Below are positions 25,262 through 32,000 of a stretch of 32,000 bases of DNA, one piece after another. Source of the DNA: Candidatus Electronema halotolerans. Lineage in GTDB: Bacteria > Desulfobacterota > Desulfobulbia > Desulfobulbales > Desulfobulbaceae. The notes beneath the pieces were generated by a model, which was not told where the DNA came from, made no database searches, and saw only the letters and a list, made by a program, of their open reading frames with translations. The stretch spans positions 1,020,001 through 1,052,000 of the forward strand of contig OW818675.1 in NCBI GenBank assembly GCA_942493095.1, read 5' to 3'. The translations under genes and the position numbers were made by a program. The number at the start of each line of letters is the position of its first letter. The first letter of the stretch is position 1.

Positions 25262-26584
25262 ATGAGCAGCCGAATAAGCATCTGGGAAGCCAAGAATCAG
25301 CTTGCCTTCAACGAGCCGTTGGAGCCGGACGACCCTCTTTTTGTTGATACTGCCAAGGCGCGGGGCGATTTCAGTCGCGAGCGGCTTTACCGGCAGCTCA
25401 ATGTCGATAAGCAGGGCATTGCCCACAAGCCGCCTATCAAGCAGTACATCCTTCTCACTGGTCATCGGGGCTGCGGCAAGAGCACTGAGCTGCGCAAGAT
25501 GGCCAAGTATCTGCATCACCCAGACCGCTACTATGTCCTGCGTCTTGACTGCTTGGAAAAGTTAGACATCAACAATCTGAAATATTCGGATGTGCTGCTT
25601 GCCTTAGCTGCGGCCCTCTTTGCCCGGCTGGAAGAAGAGGGCGGGATTGAAATGGAGCAGGTCCATCTGAGCCGCTTGGAGAACTGGTTCAAGGAGCGGG
25701 TGGAAGTGCATAGTCAACTTAAGCAGTTTGCTGCTGAGGTCAAGGCTGGTGCCAAGGCTCAGGCTGGACTGTCTTGGTTGAGCTGGCTCTATGGCGAAGC
25801 GACCAGCAAGCTGGGTATTGATTCCAGCTATCGCGAGGAGTTGCGCTTAGTTGTGCGCAATAACTTCAGCGAGTTTGCTGAAGCATTTAACCAGTTCATC
25901 CGAGCCAGCGAAGATAAAATTCGAGCGGCGGGCAAGGGCCAGCGCATTCTCTTCACCGTGGATGGGACAGACCGCCTCAACAGCGAGGACGCGCACAAGT
26001 TTTTTGTCGAAGATGTTCACCAGCTCACCCAGATCAGCGGCTTGTTCATCTACTGCACCCCTATCCACCTGCTCCATCAGGACAATTGCCTGAGTGCCAA
26101 CTTCACCGGGACAGTACGCCTGCCCATGCTCAAAATTCGGGAGCGCGATGACCAGAAGGTGCCAAAAAATTACCGGGTCATTCAACGCTTGGCTCTGCTG
26201 CGGGTGCCAGAATATCTCTTTGATGACATCACCACGCTGGAATATTTGATTCAGTACAGCGGCGGCCACTTGCGCGATTTGATTCGTTTGCTCAACATTG
26301 CCGTCAATATGGCTGAAGAGGAGCGCATTGATCGGATAGCAGCGGAAAAAGCGGTCAAGCAGGTGGCCAACGAGTACCGCCGTTTCATCAACAGCGCAGA
26401 CTATGCCCGCTTAGTGCAAATTGATCTCCACCCGGATGCGCCGGATGACTTCACAGACGAGCAAAGCGCAGCGATGCTCTACAATTTGATTCTCCTCGAA
26501 TACGACAATTATTTCTGGAAGAGCCATCCCGTAATCACGACCTTGCCCGGCTATCAGAAAGCCTATCAGCAGGTGATAAGCTGA
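25262..26584 (+). CDS. P-loop NTPase of the AAA+/STAND (ORC-Cdc6 / ATPase_2-like) type
   Basis: Walker A LLTGHRGCGKST (nt 25460-25486). Walker B RILFTVDGTDRL. Sensor-2-like SGGHLRDLIRLLN followed by a helical, winged-helix-like C-terminus. It starts 15 nt after the upstream gene. Confidence 0.75.
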   Translation: MSSRISIWEAKNQLAFNEPLEPDDPLFVDTAKARGDFSRERLYRQLNVDKQGIAHKPPIKQYILLTGHRGCGKSTELRKMAKYLHHPDRYYVLRLDCLEKLDINNLKYSDVLLALAAALFARLEEEGGIEMEQVHLSRLENWFKERVEVHSQLKQFAAEVKAGAKAQAGLSWLSWLYGEATSKLGIDSSYREELRLVVRNNFSEFAEAFNQFIRASEDKIRAAGKGQRILFTVDGTDRLNSEDAHKFFVEDVHQLTQISGLFIYCTPIHLLHQDNCLSANFTGTVRLPMLKIRERDDQKVPKNYRVIQRLALLRVPEYLFDDITTLEYLIQYSGGHLRDLIRLLNIAVNMAEEERIDRIAAEKAVKQVANEYRRFINSADYARLVQIDLHPDAPDDFTDEQSAAMLYNLILLEYDNYFWKSHPVITTLPGYQKAYQQVIS

Positions 26585-26587
26585 TTC

Positions 26588-28072
26588 ATGGCTGAGGACA
26601 AGGATTGGCGGCCCGCCGCAGAGCATTCCGGCTGCCTGCTCCGCCTTCAGAGACTGCTGGAGCGGGCGCAGGGGTTCCGCTTGCTCATTCTCTCGCACAA
26701 CCGGCCAAAGTACCGCGACAATTTAATTGCCCGGCTCCGGGAAGCGCAGCCGGACAGCGCAGTGCTTGATCTCAGGCAGCTCGGCAGCTTGGCCGCTTTT
26801 GAGGACGCGCTGGCCCAACAGCAAGTACGGCAGGTGCATCTGCTCAATCTGGAAAGCCTGCGCAAGGAACAGCGGCAGGATTTCTTCAAAGGACTCAACT
26901 ACCACCGCGAGCACATTGCCCGCACCTGCGGCGGCTTTCTGCTTGTCTGGCTGCCAGAGCATCTGATTGCCAAGCTGGCGGTTGAGGCGGCGGATTTCTG
27001 GGCATGGCGGGAGCAGGTATTTGATTTTATTTTGCCGAAAGAGCCGGAGAAGAGGCGTTATACTTCCTTGGTTGACACTGCAAATCTTGATAGGTCCGCG
27101 AAGCAGAAAAGAATTCATGAAATTAAGGAGTTTCTGTCTAACTCTTCTGACCAAGCAAGCCTTACCAATGCAGACCTTAAAGAAGAATTGGGCATCCTGT
27201 TCAAGTCGATTGGCGAATATGAACAGGCAGAATATATGATGAAAGAGGCAATAAAAGAATATACTGAGTTGGATGAGGCGGAATCTTGCGCCAAGACTAA
27301 ATTTGTTTTAGCCAGCTTGCTGACAGCCAAAGGTGATTATGAGCAGGCTATGAAACTGCTTAAAGAACAGATTCTGCCAGTGCTTCGTCAATTAAAAAAA
27401 GATGTTGAAGAGGCTTTGGCAATGGGACAGGTAGCAGACATCCTTGAGACAAGAGGAAAACTGGATGAAGCCTTGGAAATTAGAAAAAAGAAGGAACTCC
27501 CTGTTTACAAACGTTTTGGGCTTGAGAGGCTGAAAGCCTTTGCGATGGGAAAAATAGCAGATATTTTAGTAGCTCGTGGCGAATTTGATAAAGCTCTCAG
27601 GATATGGAGACAAGAAGGCCTCCCAATTTATGAGCGTCTTGGAGATGTGCGGGAGAAAGCTGTAACTATGGGAAGAATAGCAGATGTCCTTCAGTTTCGC
27701 GGCCAATTTGATGAAGCCCTTAAAATTCGAGAACAAGAAGAACTGCCGGTTTATGAACGTCTTGGAGATATACGAGAGCAAGCTGTAACTAAAGGAAAGA
27801 TCGCAGATATTCTTTGGTTCTGTGGTCACGCTGATGAAGCTCTTAGAATTAGAGAACAGGAAGTTTTACCAGTTTTTGAGCATCTTGGAGATACGCAAAA
27901 CTTAATGTTTGGTCGAGTCAATTTCGCAATTTTACTTCATGATATGGATACAATTGCCAATAGAGTTAAAATTGACAAGCTGCTGCGCCTTGCCTTGGCT
28001 GATGCCAAGCGGCTCAAACTGCCGAGAGAGATTGAATGGATTGAGAGCATCATGCAAAAGGTGGCAGCGTAG
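26588..28072 (+). CDS. TPR-repeat protein with an N-terminal alpha/beta domain lacking a Walker A
   Basis: It starts 3 nt after the ATPase stop. The C-terminal half has 5-6 units of ~40 aa (A..MG.IADIL..RG..DEAL.IR..E.LPVYERLGD.RE). The N-terminal ~150 aa (FRLLILSHNRPKYRDNLIARL...VHLLNLES...GFLLVWLPE) have alternating strand and helix character but no GxxxxGK[ST]. Confidence 0.8.
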   Translation: MAEDKDWRPAAEHSGCLLRLQRLLERAQGFRLLILSHNRPKYRDNLIARLREAQPDSAVLDLRQLGSLAAFEDALAQQQVRQVHLLNLESLRKEQRQDFFKGLNYHREHIARTCGGFLLVWLPEHLIAKLAVEAADFWAWREQVFDFILPKEPEKRRYTSLVDTANLDRSAKQKRIHEIKEFLSNSSDQASLTNADLKEELGILFKSIGEYEQAEYMMKEAIKEYTELDEAESCAKTKFVLASLLTAKGDYEQAMKLLKEQILPVLRQLKKDVEEALAMGQVADILETRGKLDEALEIRKKKELPVYKRFGLERLKAFAMGKIADILVARGEFDKALRIWRQEGLPIYERLGDVREKAVTMGRIADVLQFRGQFDEALKIREQEELPVYERLGDIREQAVTKGKIADILWFCGHADEALRIREQEVLPVFEHLGDTQNLMFGRVNFAILLHDMDTIANRVKIDKLLRLALADAKRLKLPREIEWIESIMQKVAA

Positions 28073-28080
28073 TGCAAACC

Positions 28081-29115
28081 ATGACACCGTGGCAGGAACA
28101 ACTGCAACATGCTATCACGGACAGCGCAGGACTGCGCCGCGCCTTGGGCTGCGAAGTCCCAGAGGCGGTCATCGCCCGCTATCCGATGCGGATTTCTCCC
28201 TATTATCTGGATTTGATCCGGCAGGCGGGCGAGCCGCTCTTCCGGCAGGCTGTGCCTGATCTGCGCGAGTTGGAAGACCCGGTCGGCATGGATGATCCGC
28301 TCGGCGAAGAAAACCTGAGTCCGGTTCCTAATCTGGTGCATAAATACCCGGACCGGGTGCTGCTCTTGGTCAGCGGCCAATGCGCCATGTACTGCCGCTT
28401 CTGCACCCGCAAGCGCAAGGTCGGCCAAGCGGCTCTGCGCTTCAGCGAGGAACATTTTGCCGCTGCGTTGGACTACCTGCGTCGCACTCCGACGGTGCGG
28501 GAAGTGCTGATCTCCGGCGGCGACCCGCTGCTGCTGCCGGACGAGCGGCTGGAAGAGATTCTCCGGCGGCTGCGGGAAGTGAACAGCATTGAGGTCATCC
28601 GCATTGGCACCCGCACACCCTGCACCCTGCCGATGCGCATCACGCCGGAGCTGTGCGCCATGCTGCGCCAGTTTCATCCGCTGTACCTCAACACCCATTT
28701 CAACCACCCGGCAGAACTGACTGCGGCAGCGGCCCGCGCCTGCACCCAGCTTGCGGACGCAGGCATTCCGCTCGGCTGCCAGACCGTGCTGCTCAAAGGG
28801 GTGAACGACTCTGCCGAGGTGCTGCGGGAACTGTTCTGCGGGCTGCTGCGTCTGCGGGTCAGGCCCTACTATCTCATGCAGGCTGATCTGACCAAGGGCA
28901 CCAGCCATTTCCGCACCCCGGTCAAGGCTGGCCTTGCGATCATGCGCCAGATGATCGGCACGGTTTCCGGCATGGCGGTGCCCAAGTTTGTCTTGGATGC
29001 GCCGGGCGGCAAGGGCAAGATTCCTCTCAGCCCGGATTACATCATGGCCATGCAGGACGGACGGCTCGACTTTGTCAACTATCAGGGGCTGCCCTGTTCG
29101 TATCCTTTGGAATAA
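28081..29115 (+). CDS. KamA-family radical SAM aminomutase (lysine 2,3-aminomutase / EpmB-like)
   Basis: Radical SAM cluster motif CAMYCRFCTRKRKVG. ISGGDPLLL, NTHFNHP, MQADLTKGTSHFR and VLDAPGGKGKIPL match KamA-family motifs. ATG 28081 is preferred. GTG 28072 overlaps the TPR stop codon. Confidence 0.85.
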   Translation: MTPWQEQLQHAITDSAGLRRALGCEVPEAVIARYPMRISPYYLDLIRQAGEPLFRQAVPDLRELEDPVGMDDPLGEENLSPVPNLVHKYPDRVLLLVSGQCAMYCRFCTRKRKVGQAALRFSEEHFAAALDYLRRTPTVREVLISGGDPLLLPDERLEEILRRLREVNSIEVIRIGTRTPCTLPMRITPELCAMLRQFHPLYLNTHFNHPAELTAAAARACTQLADAGIPLGCQTVLLKGVNDSAEVLRELFCGLLRLRVRPYYLMQADLTKGTSHFRTPVKAGLAIMRQMIGTVSGMAVPKFVLDAPGGKGKIPLSPDYIMAMQDGRLDFVNYQGLPCSYPLE

Positions 29116-29118
29116 CAG

Positions 29119-30228
29119 ATGAACCCGCCGCATCCTGTCCGCATCGGCTGCTGCATCACGCCGCACGGTTTTGGCCACGCCGCCCGCGCCTGCGCCGTGC
29201 TGGAAGCCTTGGCCGCCCGCCTGCCGATTCATTGTCAGATTGTCAGCACGGTTCCAGAGTGGTTTTTCCGGCAATCGCTGACCGCGCCCTTCACCCTCCA
29301 TCCGCTGCTGACCGATGTTGGCCTGGCCCAGCATGATTCCTTGCGGGAAGACATTGATCTGACGCTGGCCCGGCTGGATGCCTTGTATCCGCTCCGGCCT
29401 GCATTGCTCCGGCAGACTGCGGCCCTGCTCGCAGACTGCCGCCTGATTCTCTGCGATATTGCCCCGCTTGGCATTGCCGCTGCTGAACTGGCCCGCAAGG
29501 ATTTGGGTTCAACCGTGCAGTCCGTGCTGCTGGAAAATTTCACGTGGGACTGGATTTATCAGGGCTATGCGGAACAGCGGCCTGCTTTGCGTCGGCATAT
29601 TGACTGCTTGCGCGAGCTGTTCAGCCGGGCGGATCATCATCTTCAGGCCGAGCCAGTCTGCGCGCCCAGCAAAGCTGACTTGCGCATTCCGCCCATAGCC
29701 CGCTCACTGCGGCAGGAACGAAAAGCTGTCCGCAAGCAACTGGGCCTGCCGGAGACCGTCAAACTGGTCTTGGTGACTATGGGTGGAATTGCTGGCACTG
29801 CCCTGCCGCTCAAGCGAATGGCGGCAATGGCGCAGGACTGCTCGTTTCTGCTGGCTGGACAGCCAGTTGACGCGCTGACCGGGCAGGGAAATCTGTATTT
29901 TTTGCCGCAGAACAGCGGCTTCTGGCATCCAGACCTGATTGCGGCCTGCGATGCGGTGGTGGGAAAAATCGGTTATTCAACCTTGGCGGAAGCCTTTCAG
30001 GCGGGAATTCCCTACGGCGCAGTCTGCCGCCCGCGCTTCCGGGAATCAGAGGTGCTGGCCGCCTTTGCAGAACAGGCAATGCCCGCTCTGCTGATCAGCG
30101 AGGAGCAGTTCCAGCACAGCGGCTGGCTCAACCTGCTGCCGGAACTGCTTGCCCTCCGGCCCAAAAACACGCCGCCGGAAAACGGCGCACCAGCGGCGGC
30201 AGAGTTTCTACGCAGACTCCTGCTCTGA
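29119..30228 (+). CDS. GT-B-fold glycosyltransferase-like protein (MurG/GT28-like; resembles the arabinokinase N-terminal domain type)
   Basis: It starts 3 nt after the KamA-like stop. The N-terminal ITPHGFGHAARACAVLEAL resembles the GHGFGHATR motif of that GT-like family as I remember it. C-terminal VVGKIGYSTLAEAFQAGIP resembles the GT-B nucleotide-sugar binding region. Confidence 0.5.
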   Translation: MNPPHPVRIGCCITPHGFGHAARACAVLEALAARLPIHCQIVSTVPEWFFRQSLTAPFTLHPLLTDVGLAQHDSLREDIDLTLARLDALYPLRPALLRQTAALLADCRLILCDIAPLGIAAAELARKDLGSTVQSVLLENFTWDWIYQGYAEQRPALRRHIDCLRELFSRADHHLQAEPVCAPSKADLRIPPIARSLRQERKAVRKQLGLPETVKLVLVTMGGIAGTALPLKRMAAMAQDCSFLLAGQPVDALTGQGNLYFLPQNSGFWHPDLIAACDAVVGKIGYSTLAEAFQAGIPYGAVCRPRFRESEVLAAFAEQAMPALLISEEQFQHSGWLNLLPELLALRPKNTPPENGAPAAAEFLRRLLL

Positions 30229-30411
30229 GCCAGTCTTTTTCAGACTGCGGCGGGCCGTCTCCTCGTTGATCACCCGGATGCGCTCGGCCAGCTCCTCGCT
30301 GACCACCATCCGGCCCTCCAGCACACAGCCTTTGCGGGCTGGAACGCATTCGCCGGAGAGCCTTTTGCAGCGGTTGGCGGCGATATCGTAATTTTTGCAG
30401 TGAAAAGTCAT
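30208..30411 (-). CDS. Small 4-Cys protein of unknown function
   Basis: 67 aa with C5-x9-C15-x6-C22-x6-C29 and then a charged helix. GGAG lies 10 nt before the ATG. It sits 24 nt downstream of the CZB gene. Its 3' end overlaps the GT-like gene convergently by 21 nt. Confidence 0.5.
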   Translation of the reverse strand: MTFHCKNYDIAANRCKRLSGECVPARKGCVLEGRMVVSEELAERIRVINEETARRSLKKTGSEQESA

Positions 30412-30435
30412 TGCGTTACAGCTCCGCCCGGCTGA

Positions 30436-30807
30436 TCAGCTCTTCTTTGCCTCCCGCTCCATTTTTTCCAGTATCTCAATGAAGCGGTTGCAGGTGTCTT
30501 TGAAATTTTGCAGCATCTTTTTGCCATCCTCGCTCATGCGCTGTTCTTTGGAGGTGTTCAGCATCTTTTTAATGCTTTCATGCACATCTTGATGGAGTTT
30601 TTCCATCGCATGCACCTCTGGGAAGGCGGCCAAGTGCTGCATTCCTTCTTGATCATAAAGCCATTTGCCGAAATCACAGCGGGTATGATCCGGCACATCG
30701 CTGGGGTTCAGGTTCTCCACCCCATAGAAAAAATCCACTAACTTGGACTGCCAGTTGAGATGAGCAATAATGGCAGCCTGAATGTCCATGGTGTCTAAGG
30801 TGCTCAT
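30436..30807 (-). CDS. Stand-alone chemoreceptor zinc-binding (CZB) domain protein
   Basis: 123 aa with the full CZB ligand pattern: AHLNW (HxxW), RCDFGKWLY (CxxGxW) and LHQDVH (HxxxH). GAGGAGAAAAC precedes the ATG. Confidence 0.8.
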   Translation of the reverse strand: MSTLDTMDIQAAIIAHLNWQSKLVDFFYGVENLNPSDVPDHTRCDFGKWLYDQEGMQHLAAFPEVHAMEKLHQDVHESIKKMLNTSKEQRMSEDGKKMLQNFKDTCNRFIEILEKMEREAKKS

Positions 30808-30854
30808 GTTTTCTCCTCAAGAGTATTTTTTGCAAGCACGGCTTCTTTGTTTTG

Positions 30855-30884
30855 ATCATAACATGGACAGGCCGCTTCTGTCAA
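30855..30884 (-). promoter_or_regulatory. Putative sigma70 promoter of the CZB / 4-Cys operon, with an overlapping palindrome
   Basis: On the minus strand: TTGACA (30884-30879), an 18-nt spacer, then TATGAT (30860-30855). The near-palindrome TGTTATGATCAAAACA overlaps the -10 element. Confidence 0.5.
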
Positions 30885-30938
30885 CAAATCTTGCGTTTTC
30901 AAACGCATATACCACAGCGTCGGCGCGGAGCCGCTTCC

Positions 30939-31235
30939 TCACCCCCCTGCCTGTTCGGCGACTTTTTTTTCCAGATGTTCCAGCAGTTCAACTAACTGGT
31001 CGCATTCCTTCCTGAACCGGTCCATGACTTCCTGACCAGCAGTGCCCATTCGCATGTCTTTGGGCATGGCCACCAGCTCTTTGATGCCGTCATGCACATT
31101 TTCATGCAAGGTCTCCAAGGTGCTGATTTCTGGAAAATGAGCAAGTTCTTTCAGTCCCTTGGAGTAGAGCCACTTGCCAAAATCACAGCTTGTGTGATCC
31201 GACACATCTGAAGCGTTCAGCTCTTCCACGCCATA
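30939..31235 (-). pseudogene. 5'-truncated CZB-domain paralogue
   Basis: YGVEELNASDVSDHTSCDFGKWLY...LHENVHDG is collinear with residues ~28-123 of the intact neighbour. It lacks the N-terminal HxxW ligand helix. Homology stops at 31235, 2 nt from the edge of the MITE-like inverted repeat, and an in-frame TGA lies at 31245-31247. Confidence 0.65.
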
Positions 31236-31237
31236 AA

Positions 31238-31424
31238 GGTGAATTCAAGTTCCAAGTGCAACTTTTTTTGGTTGCAAGAAAAGGCAGTTACGGGAGTGTC
31301 ACAACTTTGCTTTTGTCGCTAACTAAGAGAAAATAATTGAAAATTTACATGAAGTATTCAAAGTGCCAGCCAACCTATGCTTTTTGGATAACCAAAAAAA
31401 GTTGCACTTGCGAGTTGAATCCAC
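31238..31424. mobile_element. MITE-like element (~187 bp) bounded by ~35-bp imperfect inverted repeats
   Basis: The left arm 31238-31273 (GGTGAATTCAAGTTCCAAGTGCAACTTTTTTTGGTT) matches the reverse complement of the right arm 31390-31424 at 31 of 35 positions by hand. The core is AT-rich with no ORF. A related solo repeat lies at 10746-10771. Confidence 0.55.
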
Positions 31425-31779
31425 ACTAACCAATTGGTATCACATAATTTTCGAGATAGCAACACTCAACAGGGGCACCACCCGATTTTGTCAACCACAG
31501 AAAAACTCGGAGAGCCCACATTTTTCTTATAATTTATTTTACTATGTGTCTCGGTCGTTTGCCAGCCCAACTCAAAAATCTGTGTCAAATAATCACACCT
31601 TTCCGCTCCAGCCTGCTCTTATCCCATTTTCCGATATTTCAAAATCATCCGGGTCTTGACAGTTATGCGCTTATCATTTGAATCCGACTTGCATCCAAAT
31701 TATATGCAGTGAAACCGTGAATTTTATTTTTTACACCTCATTAAAAAAATAATACCTTGCATGTATTTTACTCGTAAAT

Positions 31780-31808
31780 TTGACAACCATGCTCTTTTCA
31801 TCTATACT
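31780..31808 (+). promoter_or_regulatory. Near-consensus sigma70 promoter
   Basis: TTGACA (31780-31785), a 17-nt spacer, then TATACT (31803-31808), about 70 nt before ATG 31881. Confidence 0.65.
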
Positions 31809-31880
31809 GTAAATAAGAACCATTCTTAATAAGAATCTGCTTGAAAAAACAGGTTGCAGATTACACAGGAGGAGACCTTC

Positions 31881-32000
31881 ATGAAAACATTTATCAGCGC
31901 CTTGTGCGCAGCAGCTATTCTTCTTGTTTCCAGTTCAGCCTACGCAGTTGATGTAGAGAAAAACTGCCTCAGAGGCGATGCGAAAACTGTGGATGAGGCT
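31881..32000 (+). CDS. Secreted protein, 5' fragment (runs off the window)
   Basis: AGGAGGAGACCTTC precedes the ATG. MKTFISALCAAAILLVSSSAYA is a typical Sec signal peptide with an AYA-V cleavage site. Only 40 codons are visible. Confidence 0.7.
   Translation, partial: MKTFISALCAAAILLVSSSAYAVDVEKNCLRGDAKTVDEA

Noticed and set aside
31363-31659. 98-aa ORF in the AT-rich region after the MITE-like element.
   Set aside because: It has no SD and begins inside the element. Its composition (Asn/Phe/Ser/Ile-rich) is that expected from random AT-rich sequence, and it has no motif.
31655-31720. Possible fourth partial copy of the dispersed repeat (TTTGAATCCGACTTGCATCC), and a TTGACA at 31655.
   Set aside because: The order of the two half-motifs is inverted relative to the family consensus and identity is low. 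The TTGACA has no properly spaced -10 element.

Overview
By eye this is a mostly high-G+C chromosomal segment with about 33 protein genes and no rRNA, tRNA or CRISPR array that I could find. The gene content suggests a Desulfobacterota-like anaerobe, which is inference only: futalosine-pathway mqnD, a MobB-MobA fusion, a sigma54 NtrC-type regulator, an HD-GYP regulator, YkgJ and CZB proteins. Housekeeping genes I recognise are mqnD, mobB-mobA, aroK, aroA, ppnP, a DsbC-like isomerase, a TraB-family protein, a TPR lipoprotein with a LolB-like lipoprotein, and an orphan livG-like ATPase. Signalling genes are a hybrid histidine kinase with an HD-GYP response regulator, translationally coupled to aroK, and an NtrC-type regulator followed by a polytopic PAS kinase. 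Accessory-looking, visibly AT-richer patches hold an MCR/EptA-type phosphoethanolamine transferase, the second of two tandem DUF4360 paralogues, the repeat half of a TPR gene, and the last ~750 nt, where a MITE-like element abuts a 5'-truncated CZB gene. The best candidate for an undescribed system is the same-strand block 22775-28072, possibly extending to 30228. It encodes a stand-alone 14-repeat LRR protein, an 8-repeat propeller-like protein of a family I do not recognise, a STAND/ORC-like P-loop ATPase and a TPR protein. A KamA-type radical SAM aminomutase and a GT-B-like protein follow immediately. No recognisable effector domain is present. All family assignments come from motif recognition by eye, and no searches were run.
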